The translations under genes and the position numbers were made by a program. DNA of 36,462 nt, from contig CAYGZE010000002.1 in NCBI GenBank assembly GCA_964354185.1, positions 1 to 36,462 on the forward strand, written 5' to 3'. Origin of the DNA: an uncultured Anaerolineales bacterium. GTDB lineage: Bacteria > Planctomycetota > Phycisphaerae > FEN-1346. The notes beneath the pieces are model-generated. The model was not told where the DNA came from and did not search any database. It saw nothing but the letters and a program-made list of their open reading frames with translations. This document shows, piece by piece, positions 28,647 to 34,966 of this stretch; the first letter of the stretch is position 1; every line of letters starts with the position of its first letter.

Positions 28647-29405
28647 ATGGATGAGATTCTGTCAGCCTGTCACCAGGAACGCGACATAAGAGATCTGGAG
28701 CAGGACAAAGATTTCCAGTTAAGCAAGGATACAGCCAAGGATGTAGAGGGATGGTTAGCAAATGTCGAGGGGGCGCTACTCTACTCTCTGGCCAAGAAAT
28801 GCAACCCCAAAGGAGTGATCGCAGAAATCGGCTCGTGGAAAGGCAAGTCAACAGTTTTTTTAGCACAAGGATCCCAAGCGGGGCCGCGGGTGAAAGTCTA
28901 CGCCGTCGATCCGCACGAGGGGGATGCTCAGGTTCTTGTTGATATTCCTACTTTTCACGAGTTCAAGCAGAATATGGCGAACGCACAGGTCGAGGATATC
29001 GTCGTTCCGATCGTGAAAACCTCGAGAGAAGCTGCAAATGATTTTCTTGAGCCTTGTGCGCTCATCTTCGTTGACGGGAGTCACGAACCTGAGAGCGTCA
29101 AACAAGACTTTGCGTTGTGGTATCCTAAACTCATCGAAGGGGGTATCATAGCATTTCACGATACGCTCGGCTGGGCCGGGCCAAGGATGCTCGTAAAGGA
29201 CGCGCTCTACAAATCGCACAACTTCAAAAACGTTAGATTTGCCAGGTCAATTACCTATGGCGAGAAAGTCGTTCAAAACACGCTGGCAGATCGATTGAAA
29301 AACAGGTACTTTCTTCTCTTTAACGACATTGTTGCTCTTTATTTTTCATGTTTTGTCAAAATAGTGAGATTTGGTGATGCGCTAGGCGGACAGGCTTTGC
29401 GCTAG
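28647..29405 (+). CDS. Class-I SAM-dependent methyltransferase (Methyltransf_24-like)
   Basis: 'VIAEIGSWKGKSTVFLA' (motif I), 'IFVDGSHEPESVKQDF'. ATG at 28647 chosen; the ORF track starts at TTG 28539. Confidence 0.8.
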   Translation: MDEILSACHQERDIRDLEQDKDFQLSKDTAKDVEGWLANVEGALLYSLAKKCNPKGVIAEIGSWKGKSTVFLAQGSQAGPRVKVYAVDPHEGDAQVLVDIPTFHEFKQNMANAQVEDIVVPIVKTSREAANDFLEPCALIFVDGSHEPESVKQDFALWYPKLIEGGIIAFHDTLGWAGPRMLVKDALYKSHNFKNVRFARSITYGEKVVQNTLADRLKNRYFLLFNDIVALYFSCFVKIVRFGDALGGQALR

Positions 29406-29520
29406 CACGAAGAACCGTATAAACCTACACCGGTCGCAGCATAAGTGTAAGCTTGGAGAAAGGGGCATGCGGCGGCGCGGTAAGACCCAGGACTGCTTAA
29501 AGCGATGAGCCCGTTCTTGG

Positions 29521-29554
29521 GAAATAAAAAAGAAGGGAAGCGTGGAACGCTCCC
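29521..29554 (-). terminator. Hairpin plus T-tract downstream of the propeller gene (possibly bidirectional)
   Basis: On the minus strand, 'gggagcgt-tcc-acgcttccc' (8-bp stem with one bulge) is followed by 'ttcttttttattt', about 65 nt after the stop at 29619. The plus strand also has T-rich sequence after the stem. Confidence 0.55.
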
Positions 29555-29618
29555 TTTACATCGTTTTCGGCGTGGGGCAGCACGGGCATGCTCCCCTAAA
29601 CGATCACTTGCGCGGGCG

Positions 29619-30788
29619 TCACATGGGGGTAGGGCCGTCACTAGACCAGTACCAGTTGTGCCACGCACCGTTATAGTATTCTTTTTGGTAGAGGTAGCCG
29701 TTAGTCCCGCGAGTAAAGACGTCGATTTCTACCGTTCCCGAATACGTGAACGTCGTGGCGCACGGAGTCGTCTCTAATCCTCCGACTAGGTTTGTCCAGC
29801 CTGTCCACCCGCCAACTGACTTGTATGTTTTTTGATACATATAGCCGTTTGTACCCGCTACAAAGAAGTCCATACGGAATGTACCAGCAGAGACTGAGCC
29901 ATATGTGCAGATCGCTGGTGCGGTACCCGCTGCAACACCACCGCCCACGTAGCCCGTAGCCCACCAGTTGCCCGCGATACTGTACTCATACCCATAGACG
30001 GCGCCGTTGGTGCCGCGGACAGCTACTTCGACGTAACTGCTTTCCCGAGAAGCGGCTGTCGGTGACGACCCTAGTACGCCACCAATGCCAATGTATTTCC
30101 AGTCACTCCATCCAGCAGTATTAGTCCATGTTTTTTTATACATCAGGCCGCTCGAACCCTTTACAAAGAGGTCCACACGATTTGGGGTTTTGGCGACCGC
30201 TGGTCCGGTACCATATGAAACGTAACCAAGATTCCCGCCGGGCGTGTACTCAGCGCTCCACGTCCCGCCAGAATTGTGGAACCCGTGGACGGAGCCGTCA
30301 GTGTGGCGCCAAAAGACACTCATGGAAGCGAGACTATTTTCAGTCGACGAGGAGGCTGTGGGCGATGAGGTCAGCGATCCGCCAAGGCGGACCCATCCGC
30401 CTACCCAGTTAAGCGTCGTCGTAGACCAAATCCTGTACCAGCAGGCGCCGTCACTGCCTTTCACAAAGACGTACATGTCGTTTGTGCCGTACCTAATGCA
30501 AGAAGCAGGACCTGTGCCTGCAGCGATGGGCGAGCCCGTGAGATCGGGCGTTGGTACGGCGACCCTGCTGTTCTTAGCCTCGACAGCGACGACGGTAGTT
30601 GTGGGTGTTGCGGCGTTTTTAAATATGCCTTCACCGGCTACGGTGCTGGCGGGTTCGGCGACTGTACTAGCTTTGCTAGTGGTTTCGTCACTAGTGACTG
30701 CACTCACGCTCGTCGTCGCGTAGACCGCGCAGAGCGAGAGGAGCATGATGGCCGCCAAGGCGACACTCAAACTTCTTTTATGTTTCAT
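29619..30788 (-). CDS. Secreted multi-bladed beta-propeller repeat protein (PLL/DUF346-like or tectonin-like lectin fold)
   Basis: Signal peptide 'MKHKRSLSVALAAIMLLSLCAVYATTSVSA', then a Thr/Ser/Ala-rich linker, then about six repeats of 45-50 aa with 'F(V/T)(K/R)G(T/S)(N/D/S)G..Y' and 'W..W..(L/I)GG.L.S.P'. GAGGTGA lies 8 nt upstream of ATG 30788; ATG 30845 is an alternative. Confidence 0.85.
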   Translation of the reverse strand: MKHKRSLSVALAAIMLLSLCAVYATTSVSAVTSDETTSKASTVAEPASTVAGEGIFKNAATPTTTVVAVEAKNSRVAVPTPDLTGSPIAAGTGPASCIRYGTNDMYVFVKGSDGACWYRIWSTTTLNWVGGWVRLGGSLTSSPTASSSTENSLASMSVFWRHTDGSVHGFHNSGGTWSAEYTPGGNLGYVSYGTGPAVAKTPNRVDLFVKGSSGLMYKKTWTNTAGWSDWKYIGIGGVLGSSPTAASRESSYVEVAVRGTNGAVYGYEYSIAGNWWATGYVGGGVAAGTAPAICTYGSVSAGTFRMDFFVAGTNGYMYQKTYKSVGGWTGWTNLVGGLETTPCATTFTYSGTVEIDVFTRGTNGYLYQKEYYNGAWHNWYWSSDGPTPM

Positions 30789-31703
30789 ACATTGATTCAC
30801 CTCGTTCCCGGTAGAGGCAAGCGTAATTGCCGCGTTGCGCCGCATCTACGTGCCTGCTTCCGGGGTCCATGCTACACTAAAATATAAACAAACTACAGTG
30901 TGTTTATACGTAATAAAGGTTGTGTGACGCCGGATTGTTACAGCTTGCTGCAGACGCGCCGACGAGGAAGCGTGACGAAACGAACGCTGCCCACTCTTGT
31001 AACGGATCCCGCTCGCCGCGTTAGCGCGCCGTTATCAGCTCTCAACCGTTTTTACGCACTCGCTTCTATATATCGATACTTTTCGCTGTATCTAGCGGAG
31101 TGCCGATTTTTTTGCGCTTTTTGACACCGTATGCCGCGATGAATTGCGTTCGAAATCACCACCACCGTTACCGATCTTTCCGCATTTTCAACGTTGCGCA
31201 TGAAGAAATGAACGACTACCTCGAAAGGGGCAGGTCGATCGGGTAGTCGCGGCGGCCCGCTAATGCCGTGTGCGACTATCTAATAGGGGTCTTTTTGATG
31301 TCAGCGCGCACAGTTATTGTGACAGTTAATTCGCGTTTATTGACTTTTCACGCTCAGAGAGACTATCCAGGCCTCCAACGCGCTCGGCAGCGCAAACGCT
31401 CGCGCCCCGTCCCACTGCTAGTTCTAAGAGGAAAGCTCCCCGCTATGCTAGAAGTAAAGACTAGATGGGCGATGCAGGGGGCCAATTAGTTGCGGATCAA
31501 AGTGGTCTGATGCAATGAACGAGCAAGGCGAACGTGTCGTAGGCACTCGTTATCGTTGGCCTACAATTTGGTGAAATATGCTCGTTCATAAATTGCGGAA
31601 TCTCCTAATGCGCAAGTAGCAACATTTAAATCGCCCGTAGAGCTAACGATACGAAAAGGCACAATTGGCAAAAAAGCCAGGATAAGGGCCCTCGAGGCAA
31701 ACT

Positions 31704-32549
31704 ATGATCAAGAAAGCCGTAATACCGGCAGCGGGCTTAGGGACAAGATTTCTGCCAGCGACGAAAGCGCAGCCAAAAGAGATGCTTCCTGTTGTTGATA
31801 AGCCAGTCATCCAATATGTCGTCGAAGAAGCACGGTCGTCTGGAATAGAGGACATCTTGATCATCACAGGACGAAACAAACGAGCTATAGAGGATCATTT
31901 CGACAGAGGGACTAGTGACAACAAGTACGTGGTTGAACTCGATGAAATGATGGACGCGGTGAGCCTTTTTTATACTCGACAGCGGGAGCCAAAAGGGCTC
32001 GGTGATGCCGTCTCTTATGCGAAAAGCTTCGTGGGGGAAGAGCCGTTTGCCCTGTTGTTGGGAGATACGATTACCATGCCGGAGTGCACACGTGAATTAA
32101 TTTCAAAATATGACGCGTTCAAGGCGTCTATCGTTGCGGTAGAAGAGGTTCCCACGGAGAAAATAAGCAGCTACGGGGTAGTAAAAGGAAGAGAAATCGA
32201 AAAGGATATGCTCCTTGTCGAAGACCTGGTGGAGAAGCCCGCACAAGAGGCCGCTCCGTCAAACTTGGCGATCTTGGGCCGCTATATTCTAACCCCGGCA
32301 ATATTCGACGCAATTGAACAGACACAGCCAGGAACGGGAGATGAGATTCAGCTTACCGATGCGCTCCGTCGTGTGGAGGAGAACAAATACGCGTACGTTT
32401 ACCGGGGGAAAAGACACGACATCGGGAACAAGCTTGACTGGATCAAATCGAACATTGAGCTTTTTTTGCACGACGAACGGTTCAGGGGAGAACTGGGACG
32501 TTTTTTAGAGGCAGTTAGAGAGGACAATGGTGAACACAAGAGAGGTTAA
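31704..32549 (+). CDS. galU: UTP--glucose-1-phosphate uridylyltransferase
   Basis: 'KAVIPAAGLGTRFLPATKAQPKEMLPVVDKPVIQYVVEEA', 'LGDAV'. Confidence 0.9.
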   Translation: MIKKAVIPAAGLGTRFLPATKAQPKEMLPVVDKPVIQYVVEEARSSGIEDILIITGRNKRAIEDHFDRGTSDNKYVVELDEMMDAVSLFYTRQREPKGLGDAVSYAKSFVGEEPFALLLGDTITMPECTRELISKYDAFKASIVAVEEVPTEKISSYGVVKGREIEKDMLLVEDLVEKPAQEAAPSNLAILGRYILTPAIFDAIEQTQPGTGDEIQLTDALRRVEENKYAYVYRGKRHDIGNKLDWIKSNIELFLHDERFRGELGRFLEAVREDNGEHKRG

Positions 32550-33531
32550 GGAAATAATTGCCAATCTCGGTGGCGTCAGAGAAAAAGCTGCCAGCAAGAC
32601 CGTTTTAGTGACGGGAGGTGCAGGATTTCTGGGCTCGTGGTTATGCGACGTGCTCGTTGAACTTAATGCAAACGTGATCTGCTTGGACAATCTTGCGAGT
32701 GGCTTGGAGTCTAACATATCAGGACTACTAGCTAAGGATAATTTCACGTTCATCAAGCACGACATCACGCGGCCGCTGTTTTTTGATGAAGATTTAGACG
32801 TGGTGCTACATCTAGCGAGCAGGGCTTCCCCATTTGAGTTTCAGCGGTTCCCCATCCAGATTCTTAAGGCAAACACACTGGGAATTTGGGTTGCACTTGG
32901 CATAGCGAAGCATCACAAAGCACGACTTCTCTATACGTCAACGTCCGAGATATACGGAAATGCAACCGAGATACCGACGTCAGAAGAGTACACCGGTAAT
33001 GTGAACCCCATCGGGGCACGAAGTTGTTATGACGAGGCGAAGAGGTGTGGGGAATCCTTTGTCGCGGCGTACAGGGTAGAGCACGGGATGGACGCGAGGA
33101 TCGCACGACTTTTTAACACGTATGGGCCACGGATGCGGGCAGATGACGTGTATGGACGAGTAGTGCCTCGCTTTATTGAGCAAGGGCTAAACGACTCGCC
33201 CATTACCGTGTTCGGGGATGGATCGCAGACGAGAAGCTTTTGTTATGTCACCGATCAAATAGAGGGGCTGCTACGACTCACTTTCTCAGATGGTCTAGAC
33301 GGAAAAACTGTAAACATCGGAAATAACGAAGAGATACCAATCATTGCGCTTGCGGAACTTATAAAGAAGTTAACGAACTCCACGTCAGAAATCATTTTTG
33401 AAGATCTGCCCAAAGACGACCCGCTAAGGAGAAGGCCAGATATTCGCAAGGCCAAAGAGCTTCTAAATTGGAAACCGAAGGTCGGTTTAGAAAGAGGACT
33501 CGAACGAACAATTCACTGGTTTAGGATGTAA
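32527..33531 (+). CDS. UDP-glucuronate decarboxylase (UDP-xylose synthase)-like SDR
   Basis: 'VLVTGGAGFLGSWLCD', 'STSEIYG', 'RSCYDEAKRCGE', 'RIARLFNTYGPRM', 'GDGSQTRSFCYV'. 23-nt overlap with galU. Confidence 0.85.
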   Translation: MVNTREVKEIIANLGGVREKAASKTVLVTGGAGFLGSWLCDVLVELNANVICLDNLASGLESNISGLLAKDNFTFIKHDITRPLFFDEDLDVVLHLASRASPFEFQRFPIQILKANTLGIWVALGIAKHHKARLLYTSTSEIYGNATEIPTSEEYTGNVNPIGARSCYDEAKRCGESFVAAYRVEHGMDARIARLFNTYGPRMRADDVYGRVVPRFIEQGLNDSPITVFGDGSQTRSFCYVTDQIEGLLRLTFSDGLDGKTVNIGNNEEIPIIALAELIKKLTNSTSEIIFEDLPKDDPLRRRPDIRKAKELLNWKPKVGLERGLERTIHWFRM

Positions 33532-33536
33532 TAATC

Positions 33537-34421
33537 GTGCCACCGCAGTACGACGTCGCCGTCGCTTACAGAATCTATCCGAAGGTCTCAAAGGTCCCCC
33601 CCGTCTTCCCCAACGACAAGTACAAATTATCAGAGCTCTGTCTGAAGAGCTTTAAGGACTCCCTCGGCTCACTGAAAGTAAAAATGTTCGTCTTGCTCGA
33701 TGGTTGCCCCCCGAGCTATAATGACTTGTTTACACAATACTTTGACGAGCAGGACTTGGAGCTGATCAGGCTCAACGGGGTTGGAAACCGCGCAACCTTT
33801 GATATGCAGATTAAGCTCCTCTTGGATCAAAATTTCTCAGAAATTGTCTATTTTGCCGAAGATGACTACCTGTATCTTCCAAACCAGTTTGAACGTATGG
33901 TGCAATTTCTAAAAGAAGCAGCGCACGTCGACTTCGTCTCTCCGTATGATCACATGGACTACTATGTTCTTGATTTACACAACCAAAAAAACTTCATCAA
34001 ATTCTATAATGACGCATACTGGCGAACTGCGGCTTCAACGTGTTTAACCTTCCTTACCACGAAAACGAAACTCGGAAAAACTCAAAACGTCTTTCATAGT
34101 TACTCACAGGGAAATCGTGACGCAAGCCTCTGGCTGAGCCTAACAAAGCACACGTTGTTCAACCCTCTTGTCATATTGAGGTATTACCGAGCAAACGGAG
34201 ACTTTTTTGGAATCATCAAGCTCGCGTGGCAATTCTGCTGGAGACAAATCTTATTTGGCAAACGGCGGAACTTGTGGGTTCCCATTCCGAGTATTGCAAC
34301 CCACATGGAGCGTGACCATTTAGCCCCGACCTTCGCCTGGCTCACGAAAAGTGGGGAGACAACTATTGAGCAAAACATGCACGCAAACGATAGCGAATAT
34401 GTCGCTCCCGCTATTATCTGA
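33537..34421 (+). CDS. Putative GT-A-fold glycosyltransferase (uncharacterised family)
   Basis: GTG start 5 nt after the upstream stop. 'VAVAYRIYPKVSK', 'VLLDGC', and 'YFAEDDYLY' (DxD-like). Family assignment is tentative. Confidence 0.55.
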   Translation: MPPQYDVAVAYRIYPKVSKVPPVFPNDKYKLSELCLKSFKDSLGSLKVKMFVLLDGCPPSYNDLFTQYFDEQDLELIRLNGVGNRATFDMQIKLLLDQNFSEIVYFAEDDYLYLPNQFERMVQFLKEAAHVDFVSPYDHMDYYVLDLHNQKNFIKFYNDAYWRTAASTCLTFLTTKTKLGKTQNVFHSYSQGNRDASLWLSLTKHTLFNPLVILRYYRANGDFFGIIKLAWQFCWRQILFGKRRNLWVPIPSIATHMERDHLAPTFAWLTKSGETTIEQNMHANDSEYVAPAII

Positions 34422-34894
34422 CCAAAATCTTGTTAGTGGCCGTGGATTGATATTTACTTGAGGCTTGGCCTGAGGCTTGGCCCAGTCAACTGAGAGAATC
34501 AATGTATATTTTTTCTACAGCGGTCATTAGCATTTAACATGATCGGATACTATTTTCATCACATCCCATGTGTTTCACGGTTGTTTCCTGTAGCTGCGTA
34601 GTCGGCGTAGCTTGCTCTTCTGTTCGGCGAATATCCTGTGCCTCGGCAGTAGAGGCGGCGAAGACGAGCGTTTTTGGCTAGCCGTTGTCCTGCGCAGTAG
34701 GTGTAAGTGGGTGGAGCGCTACCGGGGACGAGGGTTCGAGGGGGGGTTCCCTTGTGCGTGTCTCCTCTAAACCCATACGTTATCGCCGAGACGTTTCAAA
34801 AGCCGCAACGAGATTCTTGACGAAAGTGTGGCGGTATCAGAAATAGTTTTCTCTTCTCGACCGGACGCATTGAGGACACCCGGGCCACGCGCTT

Positions 34895-34935
34895 CTTAAA
34901 AAAGACGGAGGCGAAAAGGGAACCGCCTTTTCGCC
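34895..34935 (-). terminator. Intrinsic-terminator-like hairpin plus T-tract downstream of the peptidase-propeller gene
   Basis: Perfect 10-bp stem ggcgaaaagg/ccttttcgcc with a 6-nt loop (34910-34935). On the minus strand it is followed by 'tccgtctttttt', about 30 nt after the stop. Confidence 0.6.
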
Positions 34936-34966
34936 CATACTCTAATGTTGCGCTATCTGCACTGCG

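Noticed and set aside
30900-31489. ORFs 30900..31124 and 31268..31489 in the GC-rich divergent spacer, and an 8-bp stem cgactacc/ggtagtcg at 31213-31249
   Set aside because: The ORFs are Arg-rich, as expected by chance in GC-rich DNA. The stem is short with a 21-nt loop. There is no evidence for a gene or a known RNA family.
34459-34482. Tandem 12-mer tgaggcttggcc x2 just downstream of the GT-A-like gene
   Set aside because: The repeat is real but has only two copies of a short unit. It is far too small for a CRISPR or satellite and has no evident function.
34568-34681. 37-aa Cys-rich mini-ORF 'MCFTVVSCSCVVGVACSS...' (possible RiPP-like precursor)
   Set aside because: There is no adjacent maturation enzyme and no SD or promoter. 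The Cys codons arise from a tgc/tgt-rich stretch. It is most likely chance.
34731-34760. 'agggttcgaggggggg' resembling a tRNA T-arm
   Set aside because: No complementary T-stem, acceptor stem or anticodon arm can be drawn around it. It is not a tRNA.
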